Source of the DNA: Halobacteriota archaeon
Lineage (GTDB): Archaea; Halobacteriota; Bog-38; Methanoflorentales; Methanoflorentaceae
Reading direction: 5' to 3'
Length of the DNA: 64,000 nt
Assembly (NCBI GenBank): GCA_050013755.1
Contig: JBEKER010000002.1
Location: forward strand, 302 to 64,301
Positions 17,115 through 27,460 of this stretch are shown in pieces. Numbering within the stretch: the stretch's first letter is position 1; every line of letters starts with the position of its first letter. A program made the translations under genes and the position numbers. The notes below the pieces were generated by a model that had not been told where the DNA came from, did no database searches, and was given only the letters and a program-made list of their open reading frames with translations.

Positions 17115-19079
17115 CTAGCTGGCCTTGTAGACGTACGCGTCGCCAAATCTCGTCACTGCCGTGTAACCGTTTGATCTTAGGTAACTGTCCAAGCCGGTTC
17201 GATTGCTGTACCCGAAGTTCTCCGACAGGATCACGTACTTGTAAAAGTCTCTGTCGCTTTGAATCGCGGCTTGTAACACAGCGGTGCTATTCGACACCTC
17301 GTCTCGGTACGCCATCGGTGAGGAATCAAACGCAGACGGGTTTGTGGTGTAGAACAGTGCCTCGCGCTGCGAGGAGCTTGCGTTCGCAAACGGGTCGTTC
17401 GGGTTGGGGAGGGCGAAAAACGCCAGTGTCGTATGGTTGCTGGGGATCTGGCCCACGTACCGAATCGCGTTGAAGTCGTCTTGTCCGATCACCGACGAGT
17501 ACTTGTCGGTGCTTATGGCCCCCGCCGCATTAGTCGAAATGACAAGCGCTATGAGCACGACAGCGACAATTCTGCCCGGAGAGATAAGTGCAGATCTGCG
17601 TCCGAAAGATCGCTCGATTATGGAGACCCCGAGACCCGCAGCAGGTATGAGAACCGCTTGGGCATACGCCACGCCGCGCCCGAGGAAGATTTCAGCAGTC
17701 GCTGGAGCAAATGAAAAGTACACGGTTGACAGGGTCCAGCCGACCAGTATACCCAGGATGAATGCGAGCAAGACGAGATGAGAGAGCTCCCACTCTTTGG
17801 TCTCGATCAGAGAGCCTGCGAGTCCTACCAGGGCGAGCGCCGCTATCAAGGGCGTTACGTAGAGGAGGATGTACGTCGGGTCGGGGTACATAATTTGGAG
17901 CGCAATCAGCGGGAGAACAGACTGCATCGCGAACGGCGCCGCCCCGATAGTGAGGAGGGCTGGACTGAAGCCCTCGAACGGCGCCGCCCCGATAGTGATG
18001 AGGGCTGGACTGAAGCCCGTCGGAACGCCGTAAACGATGAAGCGCCAGGCAAAGAGCATAAGCCCGAGCACATACGTCGGAATGGAGGCAATCGTCGTGA
18101 GCGTGTTCTGTCGTTTCATGAGCTGGGCAATCACTACGAACGCGAATATGAAGGGCGTGTAGACCCCATAAAGGATGTGAATGTCAATGGAGAGCCCCAG
18201 CACAAACGCGCCAGCTAGGAACGAACCCGCCTCTCGTGAAGCACACAGATAGAGGCCAAAGAACACGAAATAGGTACCCACGACCTGCATCATCGAGATG
18301 TTCGTCCTCCAGAACAGTTCAAACAGCGGGGACATTGAGCCAAACAAGAAGAGCGCGACGACTTTGCCGGATAGGCTCACATCGAGTCGCTCCAAAACGG
18401 CGAGGAGCATTATGGAGGCCAAAACGCCGAACACGGGGCCGAACCAAATCGCCATGTCGACGACCGACGCGTTACCGATCATCGCAAACGATCCCATGGC
18501 GAACTCGAAGCTTCGCTCGCGGATAACGTCGCCCGCGCCGGCTGCCAAGAATGAAGGTATGCCCGTGAAGCCTGTGTGCACAAAGTAGGCCGCGCGGGTT
18601 GCCCAGTAGAGCGGATCAAAGTAGGGAATCGTGCCTACCGTCGCCGGATACCAGAGCCGTACAACACCCCCGAAAAGGAGCATCGCGATGATTATGATAT
18701 TCTCAGGCTTGAGCAGGGCGGACGCACTGATAGGTGCCTGCTCACGGTTCAAGGCCAGGGCGAAAACGAACATGAGGGTCGTCCAAAGAAAGAGCGGCCC
18801 GACGATGGAGAGAGGACTTCCCGGTATCAGCAGGGCCGTGTACACGACTTCGAGAATGGCGAGGAAGACCACGCTAAAACCAATCGCTGTGCCGATCCTG
18901 CCTGCGACGCTTTGGTCTCCCAAGATGACGAGCGACGTAAAATACCCTGGGAAAAAAAAGAGAACAGCGCCAGCACAGAAGACCTGAATAATAGTCCCAA
19001 TGGGGATTGCGAGCGGTATGCACAGCGCCAGAAAAATGAAATAGGCGACACTGATGGGCCTGAGACTCTGAAAATTCAT
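17115..19079 (-). CDS. GT-C-fold polytopic membrane glycosyltransferase-like protein
   Basis: More than 12 TM helices, YFDPLYW loop, C-terminal soluble domain; lies in a glycan cluster. Confidence 0.7.
   Translation of the reverse strand: MNFQSLRPISVAYFIFLALCIPLAIPIGTIIQVFCAGAVLFFFPGYFTSLVILGDQSVAGRIGTAIGFSVVFLAILEVVYTALLIPGSPLSIVGPLFLWTTLMFVFALALNREQAPISASALLKPENIIIIAMLLFGGVVRLWYPATVGTIPYFDPLYWATRAAYFVHTGFTGIPSFLAAGAGDVIRERSFEFAMGSFAMIGNASVVDMAIWFGPVFGVLASIMLLAVLERLDVSLSGKVVALFLFGSMSPLFELFWRTNISMMQVVGTYFVFFGLYLCASREAGSFLAGAFVLGLSIDIHILYGVYTPFIFAFVVIAQLMKRQNTLTTIASIPTYVLGLMLFAWRFIVYGVPTGFSPALITIGAAPFEGFSPALLTIGAAPFAMQSVLPLIALQIMYPDPTYILLYVTPLIAALALVGLAGSLIETKEWELSHLVLLAFILGILVGWTLSTVYFSFAPATAEIFLGRGVAYAQAVLIPAAGLGVSIIERSFGRRSALISPGRIVAVVLIALVISTNAAGAISTDKYSSVIGQDDFNAIRYVGQIPSNHTTLAFFALPNPNDPFANASSSQREALFYTTNPSAFDSSPMAYRDEVSNSTAVLQAAIQSDRDFYKYVILSENFGYSNRTGLDSYLRSNGYTAVTRFGDAYVYKAS
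17930..18018. repeat. 45-bp in-frame tandem duplication
   Basis: Two 44-nt copies with one mismatch, encoding GFSPAL(I/L)TIGAAPF twice. Confidence 0.9.
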
Positions 19080-19273
19080 ATTTGGGCAGTCTATACTTTT
19101 CCGATTATATATGCTTTATCAAGCATGAGGTGTTACACGTTTACCGCTTGCCGGGGTTTAATGCGGCTAATTTGAGCGCCTCGCGGGCTACGAATGCGTA
19201 GTCGATCGCGAAGGTGAAGGCGCCGCTTTTTACCCAAGCTCTGCAGCGCCGGACGTGAGGCACCGAGTTCGAG

Positions 19274-20701
19274 ATGACCACTAACAGACGGATCTTCAAA
19301 AATACCGCAGCATTAGCCTCAGCGGATATTTTTACGCGTCTGATGCGCTTCGGGCTAGCCGTCGTCATAGCAAGGACGCTCGGTCCTGCGGGATACGGTG
19401 TGTATGCGTTTGCGTTCTCGTTTGCGGAGGTCTATGGCGTCATCTCGGATTTCGGCATGAGTAACCTCATAATCCGCGATACCTCAAGGGAGAAGAAGTA
19501 CCTCGCTCGTTATGTCGGAAACATCTTGTTCGTTGAAACAACGCTTTCCTTGATCGCCTACGGCTTCCTGTTCGTTCTCGTCGGCGCAATGAACCTACCC
19601 CAGGAAAAAGCCGTTATTGTCTATGTCGCCGTTATCTCCTACGTTCTGACGGCTCTCGCGCAGATCGTTCGAGCGACGTTCAAAGCTCACGAGAGGATGG
19701 AGTATGACGCGACACTGAACGTCATTCAACAGAGCGTAACCGTCATCCTTGGCATCGGCGTGCTGTATCTCGGTTACGGATTGATCGCGCTCGCCGTGGT
19801 GTTCGTTTTAGGAAGCTTGATCAACCTCATCACAAGTCTCGCGCTTGTTTCAGTGAAATTCACGCGCCCTGCGTTCAGGTTAAACCGGCGCTTTTTGACG
19901 TATCTGGTCAAGGAGGTCCCCTCGTTCGGACTGATTGTATTTTTCTCGCTTATCTACTACAAGATAAGCACGCTGCTTCTGTCGTTTATCCAGGGGGATG
20001 CCGCAACCGGATGGTTCAACGCCTCGTACGCCATGGCAGTGTCGCTCACCTTTCTGCCTGCAGCGTTCATGGGGGCCCTATTCCCCGTAATATCGACGCT
20101 CCACGTCTCCTCGAAAGACCTTGCAAAGACCGTCTATAACGAATCATTTCGCTACATGGTTATCTTGGGACTTCCGCTTGCATTCGGTACGACCGTGCTC
20201 GCGGATAAGGTCATTGACATCATTTATGGGGCGCCATTTCAAAACTCAATCGTCGTTTTACAAATCGTCATCTGGTCCGTCTCAATCCTGTTTCTCAATT
20301 TCGTGCTCACCACGACGCTGACGTCGATAAATCTGCAGCGCGTCGTTATGTATGCCACGGGACTCGCCGTCACCGTCAACATCATTCTCAACCTCCTCGT
20401 TATCCCGGGATATAGCTACGTCGGGGCAAGCTACGTAATGATAGCGACAGAGCTCACCACTTTTACGATCTGCTTCTATTATGCTTCAAAAAACTTGTGC
20501 GTCATTCGGCTGCACCGGCTTCTGCTCAAACCGCTCATCGGATCATTCGTCATGGCGGTCGTCGTGTATTATCTGAGGCCGATCAACCTGTTCATTATAG
20601 TCGGGGTTGCGGTCTGGGTATATTTCGCTACCCTCCTCGCACTGAGGACGTTCACGAAGCAAGACATGAGCGTCATTAAGAGCATAATCGGCAGAACGTG
20701 A
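19274..20701 (+). CDS. Wzx/RfbX-type polysaccharide flippase (MOP family)
   Basis: RIFKNT...ARTLGPAGYGVY...SDFG; ~14 TM helices. Confidence 0.93.
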   Translation: MTTNRRIFKNTAALASADIFTRLMRFGLAVVIARTLGPAGYGVYAFAFSFAEVYGVISDFGMSNLIIRDTSREKKYLARYVGNILFVETTLSLIAYGFLFVLVGAMNLPQEKAVIVYVAVISYVLTALAQIVRATFKAHERMEYDATLNVIQQSVTVILGIGVLYLGYGLIALAVVFVLGSLINLITSLALVSVKFTRPAFRLNRRFLTYLVKEVPSFGLIVFFSLIYYKISTLLLSFIQGDAATGWFNASYAMAVSLTFLPAAFMGALFPVISTLHVSSKDLAKTVYNESFRYMVILGLPLAFGTTVLADKVIDIIYGAPFQNSIVVLQIVIWSVSILFLNFVLTTTLTSINLQRVVMYATGLAVTVNIILNLLVIPGYSYVGASYVMIATELTTFTICFYYASKNLCVIRLHRLLLKPLIGSFVMAVVVYYLRPINLFIIVGVAVWVYFATLLALRTFTKQDMSVIKSIIGRT

Positions 20702-20705
20702 GCTT

Positions 20706-21896
20706 ATGTCGCGCAACAAAAAAACGGACGACAGAAGAGGCGGGCGTGTGAGAATAACCCTATCGACCTTCGAATACGACCGGAACCTCATCGGCGGTGC
20801 GGGCATTTACGCGCTTGAGCTGAGTCGGTGGCTGGCACCACTCTGCCAGCTCACCGTGCAGAGTTGCGACGCATATACGACTCCACCAGACGCCTTCGCT
20901 GCCGCTTGGTTTGGAGCGGGAGTGCCAAACGTGAGATACCGGCAGCTGCCTCGACCCTTACGAGGCCACGGAGTTGCGGCGTTTTATTACTATGCGCTCG
21001 CTCACGAGCCTTTCGAAGAATGCGACGTGCATCTCATTAACGACCTCTCGCAGGGGGTGGCAATTCATCGCAACGCTCCTCTCGTCCAGATTCTGCACCA
21101 CCTGCCCTCGTCAGAGCTGAAGCAGTTGCCACTGTCAAAATCGCGCATCGCAATCACAATGCTTGCCGCGCTCGAAAAGCGCGCACTAAAACGGGCTCAA
21201 GCAATCATCTGCGATAGCAACGACACGATGGCTCAGGCGCTCGCGCGGTGTCCGGAAAACGCAGAGAAGCTGAGAGTGATACCTAACGGTGTTGACGTGA
21301 ACCTTTTCACACCTGCCGACACACCGACCGAGGGCGCCGTGGCCGAGAAACCGCTCGTTGCGTGTGTCGCGCGGGGACTTGAGGCGAGAAAGGGCATCGC
21401 GTACTTGATCGAGGCGCTCGCGGCGGCCCAGCGCGTCACTCCGGTTGAACTCGTCATCATAGGCAAAGACTCGCAACGATTGAAGCAGCGGATGCTGGCA
21501 CACGCACGCGCGCTCGGTGTGGTCGACGTGGTCACGCTTGTCGATTCTGTATCACTGCACGATCTTATCGCGCTTTATCAGCGCGCCACCGTGACGGTGG
21601 TGCCCTCACTGCTCGAAGGATTTAGCAAGCCGGCGCTCGAATCTATGGCGTGCGGAACGCCTGTGATCGGAACAGCTGTTGGAGCGATCCCAGAACTCGT
21701 CGACGAAAGCTCCGGGGTGCTCGTCACTCCCGGAGACGCAGGCGCTCTCGCTGCCGCGCTGATCGATCTACTCCAGGATGACCGGCGAGTGAAGCGGATG
21801 GGGGCGGCCGCACGGCGACGTGCGGTTACGTTTTTTGCCTGGGATATCGTTGCACAGTGCGTGCTCAGTGCGTGCGAGGAGGCGACCTTACCGTGA
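20706..21896 (+). CDS. GT4 glycosyltransferase (true start possibly GTG 20748)
   Basis: VIPNGVD, RKG and EGFSKPALESMACG motifs. Confidence 0.93.
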   Translation: MSRNKKTDDRRGGRVRITLSTFEYDRNLIGGAGIYALELSRWLAPLCQLTVQSCDAYTTPPDAFAAAWFGAGVPNVRYRQLPRPLRGHGVAAFYYYALAHEPFEECDVHLINDLSQGVAIHRNAPLVQILHHLPSSELKQLPLSKSRIAITMLAALEKRALKRAQAIICDSNDTMAQALARCPENAEKLRVIPNGVDVNLFTPADTPTEGAVAEKPLVACVARGLEARKGIAYLIEALAAAQRVTPVELVIIGKDSQRLKQRMLAHARALGVVDVVTLVDSVSLHDLIALYQRATVTVVPSLLEGFSKPALESMACGTPVIGTAVGAIPELVDESSGVLVTPGDAGALAAALIDLLQDDRRVKRMGAAARRRAVTFFAWDIVAQCVLSACEEATLP

Positions 21897-23090
21897 AGCG
21901 ACCTCTTCATATATTTCTTCGAGCTTCTGGACGTGGACGTCCAAGTCAAAGGCCCTGGCCGATGTCCGCGCGTTTTTGCTCATTTCGCCGAGGAGCTTCG
22001 AATCAGACGCGAGCATTTGTAGAAGCGAAGCGAGCGCCGCAACGTCACCGGGCTGAAACAGGAAGCCGTTGTACCCGTCTTCGATGAGCTCAGGAATTGC
22101 GCCTGTCCGGCTTCCTATGACCGCGATCCCGCGCTGATAGTATTCGGGTATCACGAGTCCGAACGTCTCGGCGTAGATGGACGGCACGACAGCCACATCG
22201 GCGATACTGTAAAGCTGCCGCAGCGCATCAGGGGCTAAAAAGCCATAGAAGACTATTCGCTCGTCATCGCGCGCATCGCGCTGGAAACGCGCCCCATCAC
22301 TGCCCTGACCAACGACGTGCAGTCGCGCATTTTTAAGATCTAAGCCCTTTATGGATTCGATGAGCGAGTGCACCCCTTTGTGTTTTCCCAGACGGCCGAC
22401 GTAGAGTATGTCAAACGTGCCATTGTTCACCTTTGCGACGGGCTCGCTTTCCGGTATGCCAAGGGGAAGCTTCAGCTTTCGTGCGTCTGCGAACAGCCCG
22501 TAGCCGGAAAGGGTGTTAAGCACAAAGTCAGATGGGGCGATAACGACAGCCGGATCGATTCGTTTGTAGAACCAGCGATAGACCCGGCACGGGCTGCGGG
22601 CATTGACGCACGAGGCATTCGCTCTCGTGAGCAAGGTTGTCTTAGGACAGACGAGGTTGTAGTCGTGCACGGTGTGAACCGTGGGAATGCCAAGATCCTT
22701 AGCGGCACTAAAAACAGATGCGGACAACCCTTTAAAATTGTGCACGTGCACGAGGTCTGGCCGCTCACGCTTCAATGCTTCCTTTACAAAGGAGTACGTG
22801 TGTGGATTCCAGATATCGAATGCGTGCCAGAGTGGCTTGATAAACCCGGGTTTGCGTGAATAGTAATAGTTCGAGTAGAGATTTAATGGGTAAAATCGGT
22901 AAATGGCGTCTTTTCGCTCGCCTACTTTGTCGCGAGTTGACGAACCGTTTCGGCCAAAAGGGGCGGCGGTTATCACAGAGATATCGTGACGTTCGCTGAG
23001 CCTTTCTGAGATGTGAGAGACATACAGCTCAGCGCCACCGTGAATGTAGGGCGGATAAAGGTTAGAGACCATGCAGATTTTCACGAACAC
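21888..23090 (-). CDS. GT4 glycosyltransferase
   Basis: YPPYIHGGAE, GRLGKHKG and ETFGLVIPE. Confidence 0.93.
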   Translation of the reverse strand: MFVKICMVSNLYPPYIHGGAELYVSHISERLSERHDISVITAAPFGRNGSSTRDKVGERKDAIYRFYPLNLYSNYYYSRKPGFIKPLWHAFDIWNPHTYSFVKEALKRERPDLVHVHNFKGLSASVFSAAKDLGIPTVHTVHDYNLVCPKTTLLTRANASCVNARSPCRVYRWFYKRIDPAVVIAPSDFVLNTLSGYGLFADARKLKLPLGIPESEPVAKVNNGTFDILYVGRLGKHKGVHSLIESIKGLDLKNARLHVVGQGSDGARFQRDARDDERIVFYGFLAPDALRQLYSIADVAVVPSIYAETFGLVIPEYYQRGIAVIGSRTGAIPELIEDGYNGFLFQPGDVAALASLLQMLASDSKLLGEMSKNARTSARAFDLDVHVQKLEEIYEEVASR

Positions 23091-23155
23091 AACCTCGGAA
23101 ATCTACGATGTAAAAGAGCCGATTGGATGCTTCAGTCTATTCTTTTCAACTGAGC

Positions 23156-24277
23156 TCATATTAAGCCATCGTATACTTCCATGGTGCGGGCAATCGCCTG
23201 AGTCCAGGTAAACTCACTCTTAACCCTCTGATAGCCGTTGTGGCCCATCTTGTCTGCCAGCTCTTCGTTGCTCAGCACCGCTCGTATTGCTTCTACAAGT
23301 CCGTGCAGATCGCCTGGCTGAACTAGGAGCCCATTATAGCGATCTTGGATCACCGACGGGATGCCTCCAACGTTCGTACCGATGACTGGTCTGCCGCAGG
23401 CGTTTGCCTCAGCCAAAACCATCCCGAACCCCTCGGCATCGGTGAGGGTGGGGAGCACAGCGAGATCCGCTCCCCGATAATAAAGAGGCATCTCCTCCTC
23501 GGGTATGAGCCCGGCGAATACCACCCGGTCTTGAACGCCGATACGCCGCGCATAGGCTGCGTAGTGCGAGCGCCAGTTTCCCTCGCCTACAACCACGAGG
23601 CTTACGCTTGGGTCGAGACTTCGGAGCGCACGGATAAGCATGGGGAGCCCCTTGTGCCGGTGGGCTTTGCTTAGCTGGCCGACGAAGAGGATAATGTGCC
23701 CGTCGAGGCCGTACGTATCTCTTATGTGGCCAGAGTCGACCGTCGGATTGAATGTCGCGACGTCCACACCGGGGGGCACGGCGGACGTTTTGCTCAGGTA
23801 ACCTTGGAGAAACGGAGAATGTGCGGCGTAGTGGTGCGAGGTCGTTATGATCCAACTAGCGCGGCGAATGGTGCCCCTTCCCAGGAACCGATAGTAGGCC
23901 CTTACCAAGAGCTTGGTCGTCGCATTTATTCCCACCGCGTCATTGTGGTAGGTCAAGACGAACGGCCTATCACCAGAGACTCGTGCGGCCACGTCAGCCA
24001 TATAGGGAACAGGCAAATGTCCGTTCACCACGTCGGGGTCAACCTCGTCGATAACCCTCTTTATAGATCCATACCAGCGTAAACTGAACGGGGTGTTCGA
24101 TACGGTCGTGAGTCGGGGAAGCGTGAAAACCCTCGGGCCAGACTCGTCGAGCACGCGTGAACAGGTTATGACTGTCGTGTCGACTCCTGCGTTGTGCAAG
24201 CCGACTGCGATTCTGTACGTGTACTGCTGAAGCCCTCCTACGCCGGAATAGTACGGCGAAGCGATTAGCGCTTTCAT
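23156..24277 (-). CDS. GT4 glycosyltransferase
   Basis: Start MKALIASPYY; HRHKG; EGFGMVLAEANACG. Confidence 0.93.
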   Translation of the reverse strand: MKALIASPYYSGVGGLQQYTYRIAVGLHNAGVDTTVITCSRVLDESGPRVFTLPRLTTVSNTPFSLRWYGSIKRVIDEVDPDVVNGHLPVPYMADVAARVSGDRPFVLTYHNDAVGINATTKLLVRAYYRFLGRGTIRRASWIITTSHHYAAHSPFLQGYLSKTSAVPPGVDVATFNPTVDSGHIRDTYGLDGHIILFVGQLSKAHRHKGLPMLIRALRSLDPSVSLVVVGEGNWRSHYAAYARRIGVQDRVVFAGLIPEEEMPLYYRGADLAVLPTLTDAEGFGMVLAEANACGRPVIGTNVGGIPSVIQDRYNGLLVQPGDLHGLVEAIRAVLSNEELADKMGHNGYQRVKSEFTWTQAIARTMEVYDGLI

Positions 24278-24371
24278 AGGAGGTTGCACTCGCGCCTGTT
24301 CAGAAATGAGCTGTAGCCGCCACGTGACCGGCACAGGAAGAAGTTAGACGTAGTCATCTGGGGGCCTTCGG

Positions 24372-25520
24372 TTAGCCGATCAGTTTCGCGTAGGTACCTA
24401 TAATGCTTTTTGAGATGTCCGACCACGCGAATTTCTTTGACATTTCGAATCCGTTTTCAGCCAGTTGTTCACGCAGTGCGCCGTCGCTGACAAGATCAAA
24501 AATAACGTCGGCGATTTCATCGGGCGAGCCGTCGCTGACGAGGAAACCATTGACGCCGTCTTGAACGAGTTCCCGGACGGCGCTCATTTCGTGACTTATG
24601 CTGATCACCGGCAACTTGCACGCATTTGCCTCGATGATAACGAGGCCGAACCCTTCGCGAACGGAAGGGAGGACGAAGACCTTCGATGACTTCATCAACG
24701 CCGTGAGCCCGTCTTGATCGACAAAGCCCGTAAAGGTGACGTTCTCGTCGAGTCCGAGCTTTGACGCCAGGTCTTCGAGCGAGGCTCGCTCCGGACCGTC
24801 CCCGATAATCGCGCACCTAATGGCCGGAATCTTTGTTCGCGCAATCGCGATCGCGCTCAGCAAGAGATCGACGCGTTTTTCACTGATGAGCCTTCCCGCA
24901 AACAGCACGTCTGTTGCGATCGACGCAGGCGCGATCATCGTGATGCGCGCAAGATCGATGCCGACGGGAATGATGTCGATACGTTCGGGTTTGACGTGAC
25001 AGCGTATCAGGTCGTCCCTCGTCTTCGACGATATCGCTACGATACCATCAGGGAGCCGCATCGTTAATCTTTCAACGATTCTGCCTAAGCTTCCGCGGAT
25101 GGGTCCAAGATAGTCCCGCCAATAGGTGTCCCACACCTCGAGCCACGTGACCACTAGTGGTTTTCTTTTTATGATTGAGGCAACTTTGCCCGCGAAGCAT
25201 GGAAAGTAGGGGAATTGATTGCAGTCGATGACGTCGCAATCCGCCTTCAGCAAGGCCGGCAAAACCCTCAAAGAGTAGATGAGGGCCTCGGCAATCGAGC
25301 GGACGCCCTGGTTGTTGTACAGTTCGCGAACCTTGCACACGCCGTGGAGGTGTACGTTGTCCGTGACGATCGTATCAGGTCCCTGCCACCATTTCATGCC
25401 GTAAATGTGCACCTCGTGCTCTCCGTTTTCGGCGAGTTTGCGCGCGAGTTCCCAGAGACGCTTGTCTGCCCCACCCATGTTGTAGGGATAAATTGCATCC
25501 ATCACGTACGCGATCTTTAT
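24372..25520 (-). CDS. GT4 glycosyltransferase whose expected ATG reads ATA
   Basis: (I)KIAYVMDAIYPYNMGGAD...EGFGLVIIEANAC; GGAGG SD 8 nt upstream of ATA 25520. Confidence 0.85.
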   Translation of the reverse strand: MKIAYVMDAIYPYNMGGADKRLWELARKLAENGEHEVHIYGMKWWQGPDTIVTDNVHLHGVCKVRELYNNQGVRSIAEALIYSLRVLPALLKADCDVIDCNQFPYFPCFAGKVASIIKRKPLVVTWLEVWDTYWRDYLGPIRGSLGRIVERLTMRLPDGIVAISSKTRDDLIRCHVKPERIDIIPVGIDLARITMIAPASIATDVLFAGRLISEKRVDLLLSAIAIARTKIPAIRCAIIGDGPERASLEDLASKLGLDENVTFTGFVDQDGLTALMKSSKVFVLPSVREGFGLVIIEANACKLPVISISHEMSAVRELVQDGVNGFLVSDGSPDEIADVIFDLVSDGALREQLAENGFEMSKKFAWSDISKSIIGTYAKLIG

Positions 25521-25873
25521 AGCGCTCGCCTCCCGCCCGGGGCCACCCGCCGCTTCAGCAAGAAAGACGCTATCTCCAGTCCGTCGCTGATGGAACTCAG
25601 CTTGGGTCGATCTGCGCGCTTGCCTTCTGCGCAAACCGACGCCAACGCGAACTGCATCGCCGATCCCTTCCATGGCCGCTTGACATGCAGCACGACTGCG
25701 TCCTTCTCAATGACTTTTTGCTGCGTAGCGTCTTCAGAGTCTGCATCAATGACATATATGACGGTATCGTGACCCTCGTCCGAGAGCACGCGAACAGGAA
25801 TCTTATCAATCACCTGGCCGATAGTCGCCTCTTCGTTGAGGGTCGGAATAAGCACCGCTACCTTAGGTTTCAT
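25517..25873 (-). pseudogene. DPM1/AglJ-like GT2 with in-frame internal deletion
   Basis: N-terminus VLIPTLNEE...DADSEDAT...KG joins directly to the C-terminal RADRPKLSSISDGLEI motif; the central DxD region is absent. Confidence 0.8.
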
Positions 25874-26073
25874 GGATCCGCGTGTCTGCTGTCGAGAAAC
25901 GCCATTAGCTGAAGCTTTGCTTTTTGAGCTTAAGTCTTGCGTTCAGTTTCATCAGGCCAAACAAAGGTCGGTGTGCACACGTTGTTGCGCTATTGTCGTC
26001 TAAGATTAACTATATAGTCCGACTTGTTTATCTTTGATAGAGATCAATACCCCGACGATTTGTTAGAGGCACG

Positions 26074-26814
26074 ATGGATACCGTTGTTTTGTCTGTTTTT
26101 CGGCTGCTGATTGGGGCAGCACTGTTCTTTTTCGTTCCTGGTTTCTTTTTAACTGTTGTGTTGTTTCCGAAAAAACAAGACTTGCGGAGTCTGGAGAGAA
26201 TCTCAGTGGCGGTTATTACCAGCGTTCTTGTTTCAATCGTTGACGGCACTGTTCTTCTGATGACGCTCGGATTAGATTTTACGACGCTCGTACTCTCAAT
26301 GTCTGCGCTGGTGGCGGTGTTCGCGGCGGCAGCGTTCGCGCGGTGGCGGCGCCTTCCGCAGTCTGATCGACTCGTCGTCCGGGGAGCAGGTAACCCAATC
26401 GTGCTACCGGCAGTGGGAGCTGCGATTTGTCTTTGTCTCGCTTTGGTCGGCACGACGCTCCTGTTAGCCCCCCACCCAAACGAAGCCAGTTACAGCGATT
26501 TCTATGTGCTCGATAGCAACAGACAGACCGTCGCCTATCCCACAAACGTGACTGCGGGAACGTCGTCTACTCTAATCCTTGGCATCACCAACCACGAGAA
26601 CACCAGCAATACGTATGCCGGCACCGTGTCGCTAGGCAATTCAACACTCTATCGTTTCGACAATCTGACGCTGATCCAAGGGCAAAATGTTGAACGGCCG
26701 ATACATATCTCATTCACTTCTGTAGGTGAAAAGCAGAAGCTTAACTTCACGCTCGTTGATTCCTTTGATAAGACCTACGAATTGCACCTGTGGGTCAACG
26801 TACGCCCGCCTTGA
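26074..26814 (+). CDS. DUF1616 family membrane protein
   Basis: FFVPGF...LFP, ERISVA, YSDFYVL, GITNHE and YELHLWVNV motifs. Confidence 0.85.
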   Translation: MDTVVLSVFRLLIGAALFFFVPGFFLTVVLFPKKQDLRSLERISVAVITSVLVSIVDGTVLLMTLGLDFTTLVLSMSALVAVFAAAAFARWRRLPQSDRLVVRGAGNPIVLPAVGAAICLCLALVGTTLLLAPHPNEASYSDFYVLDSNRQTVAYPTNVTAGTSSTLILGITNHENTSNTYAGTVSLGNSTLYRFDNLTLIQGQNVERPIHISFTSVGEKQKLNFTLVDSFDKTYELHLWVNVRPP

Positions 26815-26932
26815 TAGATTGCTTCACGCGCCCGACAGCGTCGCTGCTAACGTTAGACTCGACACCGACACGCCAAAGCATTGTTCTTGACGGCAGATAT
26901 TGCCGACAAGCACGGCGCTGTACAAGCTTTGA

Positions 26933-27460
26933 CTATCTGAACGCATCAAAAAGCACTAAGCGCTCCCGCACCAAGTCCGGTATTCTCGCGTTCCCGCCAG
27001 CAGCTTCAATCTCCTGCTCAGTGATATTAAACGTGTGCATTAACGGCGCGTTTTTTGTCTCGTTGTACTCCATAACCCGCGGATCTGAAGGTATCAAGTC
27101 AGTGAGCTGCGTCGCAGTTCTTTCAATTGATTGCTTCGCACCAACGACAATCAACAACACGTCCATCTCTCCTTCGTGAACGCCCATTTCAAGCGCTTTT
27201 CGTATCTGCCGGCAAGCGCTCAAGTGAAGGAGAATTTCGACGCCAAGGTCAGTGGCGATGTTTCGATGATCGCGAAACGACCGCATGGCGTTGCATACGG
27301 CACAATCAACGTGCCGCTGACCGGCGACTTTTGCGGCGTCGACAGCTTGAATTGTCGTGTTGCTTGGCTGCGCAATGGCGTCAAGCTCCCTCAAAAAAGC
27401 CTGAACACTCCCAATGGTGATTTTTCCTGCCACGACGTCATATTGCATGGGTTGACTCAC
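26933..27460 (-). CDS. cgi121: KEOPS complex subunit Cgi121
   Basis: IQAVDA...H...A, EILLHLSACRQIRKALEMG; ATGA overlap with Hel308. Confidence 0.9.
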   Translation of the reverse strand: MSQPMQYDVVAGKITIGSVQAFLRELDAIAQPSNTTIQAVDAAKVAGQRHVDCAVCNAMRSFRDHRNIATDLGVEILLHLSACRQIRKALEMGVHEGEMDVLLIVVGAKQSIERTATQLTDLIPSDPRVMEYNETKNAPLMHTFNITEQEIEAAGGNARIPDLVRERLVLFDAFR

